Positions 12,056-25,900 are shown, numbered from the stretch's first letter. The stretch is DNA of 64,000 bases from Glycera tridactyla (GCA_965644265.1 OZ286462.1:38254001-38318000), one strand, 5' to 3'. Notes: generated by a model not told the origin, from the letters alone. Numbers and translations: made by a program.

Positions 12056-12567
12056 GTAAGTCAATGTTCTATTCACCATCGACAAATATAATATAATATG
12101 GGATTTACTTTTTTCTGAGATGGTTTTTCTTGAAATTTCCAATCTATATTCAGTATAAATAAGAAGATGGAACACATCTGTCCTCAAAGCTTGTCAGACA
12201 GTTTGAACCCATCAGTGTGATTCAATTAGATGGCTCCAACAGAAGCAAAACAGGAGAGCCAGACAGAGCAACCTCCCAAGAGATCAGGCCGCAAAGATCC
12301 AAAGTCAATACAATTGACAGAAAAAGTCAACATGCATAATTACACCGAGCTTTGTGTCAACATTTCCTATCAGGCCAAGCATTCGTGCCTTCTCTCCCCA
12401 ATTTCAGGCACATTTGTTCTCAATAATCAGGTAAATATCTAGCAAAGAAAAAACTGCTATCATGCAAGAAATAAGTAGTCCAAATGTACACTAATTCTGC
12501 TACATTTGGCTCTTTGGTAGAATATCACGGCTAGCATAGGTGACATAATAACACCTTGAGTGTGTAG

Positions 12568-12948
12568 TAGTGGTGTCATGATTATCGATTAATTCCCGAT
12601 TATTGATCGATCTTGGTGGTCAAATGAACAATCGATTGCAGAGATGTGGAATTGATTTAATCGGAACACAGTGGGCACATATATTTCAATGGAAAATCCA
12701 GCCTTTTTGATGTAAAAAGCTATGAATTTCCAAAATGCTGTCATCTTGCTCCACCCAATATAGACCCTATACCCTAGGAGACTGCTCTGCATACATCTGA
12801 GTATGCGTATGATTCTTGAGACAAAAAAATGTGCAACAAGGTAGTGGTTGTGGTTCCAGTATTGCAAACTGATCATAATTGATAAATGATCGGATCGGTT
12901 GGGCTAACCGATAATCGATTCTCAAAATGCAACCGATTCCCAACACTA
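12568..12948. mobile_element. Non-autonomous hAT-type DNA transposon (element E1)
   Basis: Ends TAGTGGTG...CCCAACACTA; perfect 8-bp TSD GTGTGTAG (12560-12567 and 12949-12956); subterminal ATCGAT/AACCGAT motifs. Confidence 0.85.
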
Positions 12949-13084
12949 GTGTGTAGTGATCTATTCTGCTTGTTTCATGTATGCTTCATGATCAAGAACA
13001 CCTCAGAAAATTTGATGATGAGTACTTGAGAAGTGAGGGGGAACTGCCTGTTCTCATGCACTCCTGTGATCTGATAGGATGGAA

Positions 13085-13280
13085 CTGCATTTGATTATGT
13101 CAAATAGAAATGCTGCTCTGGAAAAGCGGTCTCCCGTCGGAGGTGGTCTCTTGTCAGGTCTTCTTTCATTGCAGTCTTCACTGTATCTGCCTTTGTCAAA
13201 AGAGAAAGCAACTCCTGGAAATTGGTCTCTCAAAATGGGTGGTCCTTCCTTGGGAGCTGTTCATGACAAACTCTACTGTA
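13085..13280. mobile_element. Family B MITE remnants, reverse orientation
   Basis: TATGTCAAATAGAAA.GCTGCTCTGGAAAAGCGGTCTCCCGTCGGAGGTGGTCTC is the reverse complement of the core of the 20783 copy; ends TTCACTGTA and CTACTGTA. Confidence 0.8.
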
Positions 13281-13422
13281 TACCAATGTGAGATATCAAA
13301 CGTAAATTTTCATACAAAAATTATCACAGTATTGAACCAAAAACCAATCTAATGTATAAGCACTGGAGGTATATGGGGAATCTTTGCTGGGCATAGATTC
13401 TTGCTATGTCATTAGGGGTATA

Positions 13423-13608
13423 TTTGAAGTATGAATGGTAGTGCCACTTTGAGAGCAAAACGCCTGGGAGTGATAGGGACCAGGGATTACAAAACTTACA
13501 AGCACAACTTTCTAATTTGAAGTATGAATTGTAGTGCCACTTTGAGAGCAAAACGCCTGGGAGCGATAGGGACCAGGGATTACAAAACTTACAAGCACAA
13601 CTTTCTAA
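13423..13608. repeat. Tandem duplication, 2 x 93 bp
   Basis: TTTGAAGTATGAAT.GTAGTGCCACTTTGAGAGC...CACAACTTTCTAA starts at 13423 and again at 13516, nearly identical. Confidence 0.95.
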
Positions 13609-15342
13609 ACCTAGTATAATGAGCTTCAAATTCTAATACACTGATTGAGTTTCACTCCCCTTCAATCTTCTCAAACAACTGGAATAGAAATACCAGGGAA
13701 TGAATCCTGGAAATATCACAAAATGTATATCCCACCAAATCTTGAGATATACGGGTTAGATATCTGCACATTTAATAAGGCGACTTTACCTTTCATTAAG
13801 TTTGCCTAATTATTCTCCACAATTATTGATGCTTCACAAACACCTACTCAATCCCAGTTTGTATTTCACAGCATTCCACTAACAATCGAATTGTATACAC
13901 ATCATAATTATGCAATGGGACAAAATAAATTTGCCGTTGTCAAATAATCAATATCAAGTCAACATCAATTTCTGTGAAGACCGTCACTTTTCAGCCAGAT
14001 TAATGGTAGCGCTATTGAATGAGGCAAAATAAAATAGTGCAATCCCAGGCGGAGCAATTTGTCCTAATGCATCCATAATGTGATCAGTAAGAACGCTGGT
14101 GATAAAAGTCAGCCACGGCAATATATACTTCCATCTGTCAGAGAAAGAAGCCAGAAAAATGCTCTCAAACAGCAAGCATCTACATATGCACATCTATAAT
14201 GGGTTTGTGCTGCATATAAAATGCTTGTAACATTCTGAATAAAGACATCAATGAAGTTTTCACTATATCAAAAGGTGAGAGACGAGCAATACATTTCAAA
14301 TACTACCTAGTACAACATTGGGTGAGCAAGTTTATTTTTCGTAACCATCTACATCGATGAAAGAATAGACCTCTGGCGATACACCACCATAGCTGAGATC
14401 GAAAATGAGTCTTTATAAAGATGTGGGCTCTTGCAAGAAATGTGAGCTCTGTTTTGCTGTTCATGCACACTGGGCATGCGCCATGCACAGTCTTCAAATT
14501 TACCCACTCCCCCAAATCCTAGAGAGGGTGAATTGGATTGTGGGAGAGTGATAAGATCGAACCTTCTCTCTCCCAATGGAAGAATGTGAATTATCTGGTT
14601 GATGAAAAAACGATGGATTCACTGTGGAGACAGAACTCCATAATTTAGACTTCTGTTCCCTATGAGATCACCTTACATATATACCAACACATGCATGATT
14701 CTAAAAAATCTCACATTACATGAAATGTTCACGAAATCCTGATTTCCTTAGCATTGGATCTCATACTATTGTATCTATTAAATAGGAGATACTCTTTAAC
14801 TCTGCAGTGGATTGTCTATTCAAATTCGAAATAGAGTCTCAAAATGTGTCTTCAGGGTCCAAGCTGGCTAGGCCATCAACCCATGATAGGTCCTGGTGAG
14901 GGAAACCCCCAAACCAGTTAATGAAAGACAGGTCAGACACAGCTGATAACAGAATCTGGCCGTTGATGGCCTTGCTGTAATCAGATAAGGGTACATCATT
15001 TGGGCAAATGCTGATTTTTGATCAACCAAGTGGTCTCCCCGTTTCTTCTATCCTCTACAGATTACGTAATTTCTCCTCCAGTCCATAATGTACACTTCTA
15101 CCTCAGGTAACAATCTTCCCTCATCGGGCATCTAAAACTTGCTTTGCTAGGATCCACTTGCATGAGCAACAGATAAAGTTTTGAATTGCTGACAATCACT
15201 GAAGTGTCCATTACAGTTTCTGAGATAAGTGTTTAGGTCATACTAGTGGGTCAACCTTGGGATCTGTTCATCCTTGGTCATATTGATGACAGTCTTCAAG
15301 ATTCTTGTGACAAGTAACCATATCCTATAGTTATATGTTTGG

Positions 15343-15768
15343 TAGTGGTGGGCCGATGATCAAATATACTCGATGATTAGTCGTTCACATCGCTGAACCA
15401 AGCGCTTACATGCGAAAGTCAACAATCGATTTAATCGGAATAATCGTCTCACAAAATTTGGGTTGAAACATCCGTGAAAAGTGGTTTTATTTGTTTGCGG
15501 GTGGAGAAACATAACTGCCGCCGCCAATTTGATTGTTGACAGTCTGATAGTTTTGAAAAAGACCGCCACGAGGCGATGGCGCTACTCGTATGGTTCCCGC
15601 ACCAACCACTAGATGTCAAAATTGTCGGTGTGCCACACTCCCCCCACCTGGTGGCTGGAATGGGAACCAGTCTAAACGATAGTCCTCGTCAACCGATTGT
15701 AGCCAATCATCAGTTGGTTGGGCCCAACCGATGATCAATTGTAAACACCCAACCGATTCCTAACACCA
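15343..15768. mobile_element. Non-autonomous hAT-type element (E2)
   Basis: Ends TAGTGGTGGG...CCTAACACCA. The right subterminal region matches E1 (GGTTGGGC..ACCGAT...AACCGATTCC). Flanks ATGTTTGG/ATATTTGT match at 6/8 positions. Confidence 0.7.
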
Positions 15769-15919
15769 ATATTTGTCAAGAATGATCAGAGGCAAAGAAG
15801 AAGGTGGTGGAGGTGCAAAACCCCTTCAAGTATCACTGACAGCAAAATTAGCAATAGGGTTGATTGATTCCAAATCTATGCTGCTTTTCAGATGAACCAT
15901 AGCAGGAAAATGTTCACCA

Positions 15920-16078
15920 AAGTGAAATCTGTGACGAGTGACCACCCTGAAAGTTACCAATATGTGGTCGCCCGAAAGAGCAGGTCTCCCATCAGAGGTA
16001 TATCTGACAAGGTCAAATAGAAAAGCTGCTCCTAAAGAGCAGTTTTCCATCAGTAGTCTGCTTACAGGTTTACCTATA
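15920..16078. mobile_element. Family B MITE, reverse orientation, degraded
   Basis: AGTGAAATCTGTGACGAG.GACCACCCT...AGAGGTATATCTGACAAGGTCAAATAGAAAAGCTGC. Confidence 0.7.
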
Positions 16079-16642
16079 TACAATACATGTATATCGATAG
16101 TGTTCTTACTGGTCACCCACTGCGAGACTATTGAGAGCATATGAAATTTTCCATAGATTTGGTACTTGAGTCCTATTCTGCGTAGCAGATAAGTGTATTC
16201 AAAGTGTAGCTAATCTATTGAGATTTCTATTTTCCAGCTCATCCCATGAGAGCACACATTCATTTGTTGTGGTGTGAGACACACAGAAGTGTGAGACACA
16301 CACACATATACAAATCCAAGGTGTAAATTATAAACCATCTATTTTGTAACACAATTTGATGTCATACCATTTACTTCCTCACTGCAGATTTCACTGCCTC
16401 AAAAAGTGAATATTTACTGGTCTTGGAAACTGCCTACCGAATGCTCGTCACAATGTTTTCTGCGATGATGCATGGCATGCAAACTTGCATTAGATTTCAA
16501 GCAGATGCTGAAATTCACATTGAAACAAGCATCTCATATGTTGGTTTGTCATGTCTAAAGAATTTTGTGCAACTGACAATATGCTAATTAGTGCCTTCTG
16601 CCCTTTTGAAAATTCTTTGACAAAAGGCCACTTTTGCTTCAG

Positions 16643-16645
<3 letters not shown>

Positions 16646-16688
<43 letters not shown>

Positions 16689-16700
16689 CATGCATGTGTG
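16646..16700. repeat. (GT)n microsatellite
   Basis: Direct observation. Confidence 0.95.
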
Positions 16701-16771
16701 TGTATTCATGTTTCTTTTTTAGGAGCGTCTGTCTCTGGTCTGTTAGTCTCTGCACATATTGGAAACACATC

Positions 16772-17088
16772 NNNNNNNNNNNNNNNNNNNNNNNNNNNNN
16801 NNNNNNNNNNNNNNNNNNNNNNNNNNNNNNNNNNNNNNNNNNNNNNNNNNNNNNNNNNNNNNNNNNNNNNNNNNNNNNNNNNNNNNNNNNNNNNNNNNNN
16901 NNNNNNNNNNNNNNNNNNNNTTACCCATCAGNNNNNNNNNNNNNNNNNNNNNNNNNNNNNNNNNNNNNNNNNNNNNNNNNNNNNNNNNNNNNNNNNNNNN
17001 NNNNNNNNNNNNNNNNNNNNNNNNNNNNNNNNNNNNNNNNNNNNNNNNNNNNNNNNNNNNNNNNNNNNNNNNNNNNNNNNNNNNNNNN
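16772..17088. other. Two N-runs (16772-16920, 16932-17088)
   Basis: Runs of n visible in the sequence. Confidence 0.95.
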
Positions 17089-17569
17089 CTGCCGGTATGC
17101 TCACATTGGAGACACAGTGGGCAAGAGCCGCTAAAGCTGATATCTATGTATAGCATGATATAGGATATACCACTCTTCATCAGATCCTAATCATGATGTC
17201 TAGCACACAATTTTCTCATTGCCCAGCGAAGCACCACGGTACTTCCCTACCTTCAACTTCTTCTATAATTCACCCGATGTCCGTGTCCAAGGAGAGTCGT
17301 CGGCCATGTTTTGACAGAGGATGGGCATCCAAGTTTTGGTCATTATGCGTGTTTTTTCGATAAGTCATCAACAACTAATGAGGCACCCTTGGGAAATCAA
17401 CTTGATATCAGGCCCAAGCAGAGGTCGGCTCAATTCATCAGGGTCAGATCTTGCTATACTCTGTCAACTGTAACCACAAACACATAGGAACATCATTTAT
17501 GGAGTACACATGATTCATCCTCCTCGTATGATCCATACTACGTTATTCTTGACACTGAAAGACAGCTGA

Positions 17570-17860
17570 ACCTATAAAGCCTCTTTTGTTGGTGAGAAAG
17601 GGCGCTGAAGAAACAGGTTTCTGAGCACTACCGCACTTCTTCACCACTAGGTGCCCACATGAAACAACAGGGGCCCGGTTCATGGACAGCAACATCTCGA
17701 TCCTACATCACGAATCAAACTGGTTCAGAAGAGGGGTGGACGAAGCAGTGTACATCTCCAGAACCAAACCCCCACTCAACGAGGACAAGGGCCGGCTCTT
17801 CCTCCTGTCAATATATTGGGAGCTTCTCCAGTCACATGATCAAGCTGCAATCCGCGGATC
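17570..17860 (+). mobile_element. Penelope-like element fragment, GIY-YIG endonuclease C-terminus (degraded)
   Basis: Frames read ...ALKKQVSEHYRTSSPLGAHMKQQG / MDSNISILHHESNWFRRGVDEAVYISRTKPPLNEDKGRLFLLSIYWELL. This matches the Penelope/Poseidon pattern ILxxExxWFxRGVxEAIYIxxxKPxLNxDxG. Confidence 0.85.
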
Positions 17861-18197
17861 ATCTTACCACAACACCAACTCCACTCAGTAGCAACTCGCC
17901 AATCCTCAATCCCATAAAATTTCTTACAATATTGTGTGATTTTGTTCTTCCAACTTTTGAGATATGGCAGCTTTCAGCAATAAGTATCAATCATGCAATA
18001 AAAGCTAAATAACAAATGATTATCACAGAAATCTTGCATATTCCCTTTACAAATATGGATCGATAATAAACACCCACTATAATCAGACGCTGCATTCACT
18101 CTGTGAGTCTACAATGGGCAAAATCAGTCAGAGTTGTACCTGCAGATATTCTGTTGCAATCTGTGTCAGGTTCAAACTGGAATGAATGGATGGATGG

Positions 18198-18328
18198 NNN
18201 NNNNNNNNNNNNNNNNNNNNNNNNNNNNNNNNNNNNNNNNNNNNNNNNNNNNNNNNNNNNNNNNNNNNNNNNNNNNNNNNNNNNNNNNNNNNNNNNNNNN
18301 NNNNNNNNNNNNNNNNNNNNNNNNNNNN
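18198..18328. other. N-run flanked by (GGAT)n
   Basis: Direct observation. Confidence 0.95.
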
Positions 18329-20689
18329 AATCCAAATGAACGATCCTTCTCATCCATCCAAATGACTGCAATCCAAGTCCAGTTAGAAGCACACCAATGT
18401 ATGTTATCAAACGAGTGCAATGAAATAGTTAGGACAAAACTAACTAATCAAAGCGACTTTGGGGAATGCCTGACAGAATTATGTCAGCATCCATATCACT
18501 TTATGCTGATTGTCATGAAATAACCTCTTTATCTGCTCCTCCACAACACAGCCTGACTGTTCAAATCAGCATCAGGGTTGCCGCCATGGCTTTCCTCATC
18601 CAGACCTATTCATTAGAGCAAATCTGTCTCTTTTCACCAAAGCAACCAACACATCATCACATCATGCAGAACCAATGAGAAATTTCGTGTTTCACAAAAA
18701 GCACCTATCCAATTCCCTGATGATAAATCAAACTCTAATTGTGTATATCTTCCTAAGGGCAGCTTTCTATTTGGCATACACCTCTGATAAGAGAACAACA
18801 CAAATGACCACCTTTATGTGATATTCGAAGTGATCTTCCATTGCAGGTTTCACCATAATACGTAATGGACATAGATAGACCAAAGCAAATGCTAGAATCA
18901 AAAGGTAGTTGGACGAAAGAAGTGTTTCCACGGAATGGCTGGAATTTCATTCAGTGCCTCTCTGATGTGTATTCACATAGAGTGAGCATAGGGAAATGCA
19001 TGATTAGTAGACGGAATAGGAAAGAATCTCTCACTGGTGTGAACTAATTTCAGGGCGACAGAACAGGATTCTGTTAACAGCTGATGGAACATTTTGTTGG
19101 TCTGAGAGGAACCAGTCCATCTGAAAGTGAGCCGCTGGGAGACCGACTGACACATTCGACAACATTTTTGTCCACCAATTCTTGAGTGAGACAAATATTT
19201 CTGCAGCTCGAGCTAGATTGGATTTGATGTAATGAATTTAGATGGGAACTGATCTAGACTCCATTCTCCAACTCAATGGAGGACACAGGAAATGAAGATT
19301 GGTGAGAGTCCAGATGCTGTGTCGGATGTAAGTTCACATCAACACAAAAAAGCCTGGACAAGCTGCAAAGGAGTAACTGAAACAATGATGTTTGTTTGTT
19401 GTTTATTTGGGACTAGCATCCTTTCAGCCCACTGTGCCGGATGGGATTTCCAACCTTACAAAATGAAGATTATATCAAAATGTTTGAATACAGCTTATCT
19501 TGATCCAATCCAGTAATTTCCAGTAAATCAATGCTCTTACTATCTTGATGAAATATCTTCTAAAAGGCCCAAAATATCACTACAATAATTATCGTGAAAA
19601 AGACATAAGATGGAATTACCAGTGACCAGGCACTAGGCAAAGCATAGGCATAATACCAAAAGAATTGCCTATGAAATATTATTTCTATGCATGTGATTTA
19701 ACCTTTGTATACCTGGCTGAATGAAAGATCCTTATCTTTTTTTATCACACATCAAATATCTTACTCATTGTGGAAAGAACTCATTGTCATCTCATCAAAC
19801 ATCCCCGATTGTCAAAGGTGTGTAACATCTTCAATGACTTCAATCACATATAAAATGAGCCTCACAATTGACAACAAAAACCAATGGTGACTGTTTTGCT
19901 GAAGATTAAAAACTATGCACAGCAAATTAACTACCTGGGATAATGTCCACAAAGTGTGAAAGAAAGAGAGTTGATGGAAAATGATGAGATGAGTTCATTG
20001 TGACCAGGACAACATAGATTCAGTGAATGGGGCAGAGGTTCAAATCAAAGCATTAAGTCAAAAAAACTTTCTATAGAGTAAATCTTCATTGCCAATATTG
20101 AAATAGAAGAAAGCAAAAAATATGAGTTTCGGATAACTAATTACCTCTAGATGAAATGGTTCATGATGAAAGGAATCAATTTTCATCACGTATGTTGGTT
20201 GTGCAGGGAGTGATGAAAAACATGATAAAAAACCCGGTTTTTTCTACTTTTTCTTCTCGCAATAGTTTCACATCAGCAAACAATATGTACATCAGGCAGA
20301 ATTCACTATGACCAGACAGTAAATGTGAAGAACCAAGCCCACACACACATACATATACAAATATGTAGACCCACATGCACATATGATGATTGCACATTAG
20401 TTGGGAGTCTTGTGTGTATATCAGATACATCCAATTTCAGGTAGAGTTGTGCAAAGGGAGATAAGCATTGAACCAAAATTGGAGACAGAAATGGAAACAT
20501 CATCTGGAAGATATTGATAACAATTTCAACCATCATATCAAGAATTTCAACACCCAGAGTCACCAGGCAATCCCAATGTGTCGACTGATTTTGATGGGAT
20601 CATACTTGTGGTTAATTTATTTCCCTATCAACCTGAAAAAACACGTAGAATGTGTTTCCTGATCAATTAAAACTGTTTTCTGTCCTCCA

Positions 20690-21050
20690 CAGGCATCAAC
20701 TCTCACAAACCCTGAACACAAGACAATGAGGAACCAGAAATGTTGTCAGATGGTAATAGGGCTGGCAGTTCAGACCCACATCTACAGTGAAACCTGCGAC
20801 GAGAGACCCCAAACGAGACCACCTCCGACGGGAGACCGCTTTTCCAGGGCAGCTTTTCTATTTGACATAGTCAAATATACCTCCGACGAGAGACCACCTG
20901 TTTTGAGAGACCGCTTTTTAGTGACATTTAGGGTGGTCTCTCATCATAGCTTTCACTGTACATGATTTCCATGAAGATGATTCACCCACTCATTTGTATA
21001 TCTCACTATGTATTAAGCTGGAAACCAACACTAAAGTCTGATAGCGATGC
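20690..21050. mobile_element. SINE-like family A copy split by a family B MITE
   Basis: CTCACAAACCCTGAACACAAG lies left of the MITE; GCTGGAAACC..CACT.AA.GTCTGATAGCGATGCT resumes to its right. Confidence 0.65.
20783..20960. mobile_element. MITE family B, full-length reference copy with TA TSD
   Basis: TA-CAGTGAAACCTG ... AGCTTTCACTG-TA, with repeated internal GAGAGACC motifs. Confidence 0.9.
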
Positions 21051-21610
21051 TATCGTTCCAAGCAATGTACAGTACTTGAGAGGAGGACATGTGTTACAGC
21101 ATCCATTTCATTACCTAATGTGGCTAAACTCTTGTGAAATGAGCTGGGAGAACTTCAAATATTTATGCACCCCGAGTGTAATGTGTATAATGCATCATAT
21201 GGGAGTTACTGGAGTGGCCAAGGAGGAAGGTCCAGCAGTTGCTCAATATTTGACCAAAGTACATTAGGGGTGTAGAGAGCACTTCAAAGGAACTACAAGA
21301 TGGCTCAGGACTGGAAACGTCCATGGTCATTCCATACAGTCGAGCACATCTGAAGCATATCCAGAGAAACCTCAACATGCAAGATTGAAATAGGTTTGTG
21401 CATTGAACGTGAATTGAGCTACAAATATTATCTCATTTGTATAAACAGACCAATGTCGTCAAATTTTAAAGGAATATTTGTCATTATTTCTGACTCATTT
21501 CAAATCTGTTTGTATTAATGCTTGAGTCCAGCAGCATGATCCACTGACCCATTGCTGATGAGGAGATATAATATCATATGCAAGGGTAGTATAGCTTGGA
21601 GTCTGGTTTG

Positions 21611-21895
21611 ATGTTAGATGCGAGATCTTGTGAGGAACATAAAACTCAATGTCATGCCCCAGTTATCATATGGTCATCAATACTATTTCTTACACATTGG
21701 ACTAGATATTCATGGACATAGACAGTCTGTGTGTCTGTTTGTGTGTCTGTCTGTCTGTCTGTCTGTCTTGATGTAAAATGTGAGATCTTGTGAGGAACAT
21801 GAGAATCAATGTAATGGCCCAGTAATTGTACGGTCATTAACACTATTTCTGACAGATCGGACTAGATGTTTATAGAAATAGACCATCTGTCTGTC
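21611..21895. repeat. Diverged tandem duplication (2 x ~160 bp) separated by (GTCT)n
   Basis: GAGATCTTGTGAGGAACAT...ACTATTTCT...GGACTAGAT occurs twice; (CATC)n follows at ~21920-21980. Confidence 0.85.
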
Positions 21896-22802
21896 ACATA
21901 TTCACTAACCAACAGATCCATCCACTCATCCACCCATCATTCCATCCATCCATCCATCCACTGATTCATGCATTCATCCACACATCAATCTATCAGAATT
22001 AAACTGTAGTCTACTCCACTTATGACTAGAATTAACTACATCAATTAACTTACTTCAAGCTTGTCTGATTTCAGTATTCCCTCAGGACCCGGGATCGCAA
22101 TATCACGCAAATATAATAGCACAAAATGAAACCTAAACCTCCTGTGTAATTGCTCAAGTTTGCTGATAAACCGAATGGCATCCCTTGTCTGAGTTTATTA
22201 CTTATTAATCGCTGGAATATTCAGATTGGCTTTTCCTTAATGAGCATTCCCAGAATTTATCTGACGCTAGCACATAAAAAGTGCTGCCACACTCGGCATC
22301 CTTGCCAGCTTCCGGTGGATGTCAAATTGAATTTTCGAGCCAAATGCATGATGTGAATGGGAGAATACTATGATAAAATGAGCAAAAATGAAGACACTGC
22401 TGCAGATATTTATTGAGCTAGCCTGGATTAAAATTATGATTCCTAAGGGTCCTATTACAAGACTAATACATTGCAGAATGCAATCTAGGCCAGTGTGTAT
22501 GATTTATGTATACAATCTGACCTGTCATAAGCACTCACTGTACTAAGCAACCAATTGCTTTATAAAGCCACTTTAGAATTTCTCACATCAATTGACATGT
22601 CAGCAACAGGATGTAGATAATCCCATGGACAGGATCATCTTTCTCATGACCAAACCGTGAAGAACACCTAACAAATCTGACACCCGGTCCTATATGATGC
22701 AGCCATATGCTTTGATGGATACCCTTCCACTTCACTCTATCTGAATAGAGTCACTGAGTGAATGAGCAACTTTGACCACCAAAGTGGGGTACGAACACTT
22801 AG

Positions 22803-22985
22803 TATATCCACCTACATAGGGGGCAGGTATATTTCAGATCTACCTGCCCTTTCAAAATTTGGCCTGCCCCCATTATATGTTCATTGCATATATTATCATT
22901 CTCCACCTGTCCACATAGCGGGTTAGATCAAAATGAAACTACAAAAATTAGAATACTACCTGCCTGGGCATATGAGACATTATCT
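22803..22985. repeat. Dispersed repeat rich in (C)TACCTGCCC/GGGCAGGTA motifs, related to 57300-57476
   Basis: ATATCCACCTAC at 22804 is the reverse complement of GTAGGTGGATAT at ~57462-57473. An internal 9-bp inverted repeat spans 22821-22849. Confidence 0.45.
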
Positions 22986-25900
22986 CATAAGGCAGCTCAA
23001 AAAATCAAGGACGAACATAATGAGTGACGTTTATTGGTTACAAGCAAGCAGCTCCCTTTTTTTCTAGTCAGAACAGATTTCTATGAAGAGCATTTTCTTG
23101 GAACAATTTAAGACAGTATTTAGTTGAATAAGGTGAATTAAACTTCTCAAAAGCCATTAGGGGGTCCATGGACTCATCATAAAATGTGTAGAAACGTCAA
23201 CAAAAATGGCAATACTGAACTCCACCCTCAGCGGTTTCATCTACCATTATTTTTTCGCTGATGAAGCAAGCCACAGTTTCTGAAACTATACTGTGCTTAG
23301 ATAGCGAGCTACTTTCCTTAAGTTCATAGGAAGCATACACAAGATGTCAATTCATTCTGCTGTTTATATTTTTATATCATGGAGTGTGCAGCAAATCCCT
23401 GGTATCAAATTGGGAATGGCAACTACCGGTACTGATCCACGTCATGAATGAATGAATTTCCAGTGATATAAGGTCCCACCTTCCCTTCACCTTATACTCA
23501 TAACACGGCCATCTTCAGCAGTAACCAAGTCAAAGAATGTGACAGACCAAATTGTTTTTGAGATAAGCCCCAAGGAATACCAGTGAAATCGGTGGCATAT
23601 GCCTTCGTTTATCTATATGTATGAGATGCTAAAATTGGTGTGACTGCAGCCGCTATGACTGGATACCATCCATCATTGTCAAATCACACCACCCACAATG
23701 CATCACTGTCTGCCAACACACGGATCCATCCCTTGTGAATTCTTCACCAGCAATACTTCAGCCTCCCCAGCATATATGTTGAGATCCTAAGATCACATGA
23801 TCCTCCCCGATCTTCAGATCAAGTGGTCTGGCAACAGCATATGCTACAGTAGCCATTACTTGAGTAGGGATTGCAGATGCATTTCGAAGGCTTCGACCAA
23901 CGAACCTTTCACTGTGAGTACCGAGAACATTTCCTTTTTCAATACTACATCTCATCCCATCATAGTCCATCATGAAATGCAGAACTGACTGAAATCCTGA
24001 TCAATAGAAACATTTCATAAATTTGGGATCGCTCTAAACTGACTCATCATGCAACGGCTTTTTTGTTTGTTTGGGATTAATTGCCTTCAAACCTTTATAA
24101 GTACATGTAGTACCAAATTATAAAGGCTGAGAAAAGTAAGTATTGGGGACTGGGATGATTAATTCTCTACTCTTTGTGAAAGACAGCCACTGTTCCTCCA
24201 CATGGACTCCAAGACTTCAATGCATATGGCTCGCCTTTGTTGTCTCATACAGCATAGACTATTACATCCCAATGTTTTACAGTGAAATCAAGCCTGTACC
24301 AGGAATTCACCTGTGAAGGTCCAAGCATTTGTTCTAGAACACTCCTGAATCATTTCCCAGTGAAGATACCTGCTTCCAATTGGAATCTGTCTTCAGGATC
24401 CATGGCACAATTCCAATATTACATTGAGTTCCAGTATACAATTGCAGCATATTGGCCTACATCAAATTATGAAATGGGGTGTACATATCCTTGACTTGTA
24501 CTACTCATATATTTTGATAAGCTGAGGTGATGTGGCTGAATTCTGAGGCTAGAACAAGACCTGTCTTCAAGGGGTATTATATACAGAGATACTCACAGTG
24601 TGTCACATTTGCTAACTTGTGACATTGGTGTGGAATTCTCAACCAGTTCCAACACATCAAACAAAAAACAAGAAAATTTGAGGGGATTTATCAATCACGT
24701 TATTTTCTTTCACTGAATATGTATACTGTGCATGCAGCTCCTATGGAATATTACACACAGTCTACAAACAGGGAGATCTGAGGTAGGAGGCTGTCAGTTG
24801 CAACTAAAATGATCGCCCGATTCTCAAAGTTGCACAACGCCAATAACCAAGGTGACTTATCTCTATGACTTATGGCAGTGTAATGTGGGTGGTGTTTCTG
24901 TTTTGCCATTATATCTAATTGTTACTGCCATTCGAATGTCACACAAACAGATCCAATCTTTTCCTCATCTTCTGATATCGATAAATTATTGCCACTCATT
25001 AAAGACGCACCAGCGCTGGTGTCATTCATGGAGTCTGAATTGGATGTAATTACTTGATTTACACACGGCAATAAAATGATATCATCAAATTCAGAAAACA
25101 CATTATGGGTCAGGAGAAAGAATCCTTGAAGAAATCAATTCTTCTTCACTAAAACACATCATAATTGAAATTCATTACATCAGACCTGCATTATAGAACT
25201 TTGTCATACCACAAGTAGAACATGGAGTGGATTCTGTGTTGGTTGGTTGGTTCTTGTTTACCGTCACATCAGCACCATCTGGGCTATAATGTGACGCCCA
25301 TGCAATAGGCATGGGTGGGATCTTCCAAGACTCCTCCGTCTGGGTCCCAAATGGGAGGCGCAAATTCATGAAATTCAGAGACACTCAAGGTATCATTTCT
25401 GAGATCTGGATTCTGGACCAAGACACCGCGACAACAGGTACCCTGTTTCAAGCCACCACTTTTCAGAACTCTGATTTCCACATGACAGCCAATCTTGCCC
25501 CTTGACAAAATACCACCTATTTTTGAACATTTGTGGTCATTCAATTTGGTCTCTCATAACAGCTTCTTCAGCATCAAAGTGAGCAACATTATGTGTGTCC
25601 TCTCGATAAGGAGACTTGTCTCACATACCAAGGAAGTTGATCATCAAGATTTCTCTGCAGGTGTGACTAATGAGATATCAAATGCAAGGCCATCCAAGGG
25701 TATTCATTCAAAGATACCTCAAAAAATCACTCTTCAAGGACATTCTTTTGGTGAAATTTACAGCGGTCTCTCATCACAGGTTTTCGGTATACAACCGGCT
25801 TATGGCTGTTACACAAGCCTGATGGCAATTTTTTCGGGCCCAAAACAGTACTCTTCTTCGAGCAGAAGTGAGGAATTCCACTCAGGTAATACTAGACTGG

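Noticed and set aside
15061-15106. Plus-strand 46-nt exon YVISPPVHNVHFYL
   Set aside because: Good splice sites but no partner exon or recognisable motif; the surrounding text looks like a decayed coding relic.
17200-17460. Hammerhead ribozyme expected near the Penelope fragment (TTGATGAC-TTATC-GAAA on the minus strand; CTGATGA at ~23258)
   Set aside because: The core is not CTGANGA with a closing G-C stem II, and no stem I or III with a UH site could be formed.
23600-23973. Possible DIRS RT/RNase H relic (also 28390-28560)
   Set aside because: The similarity is impressionistic, with no diagnostic catalytic motif.
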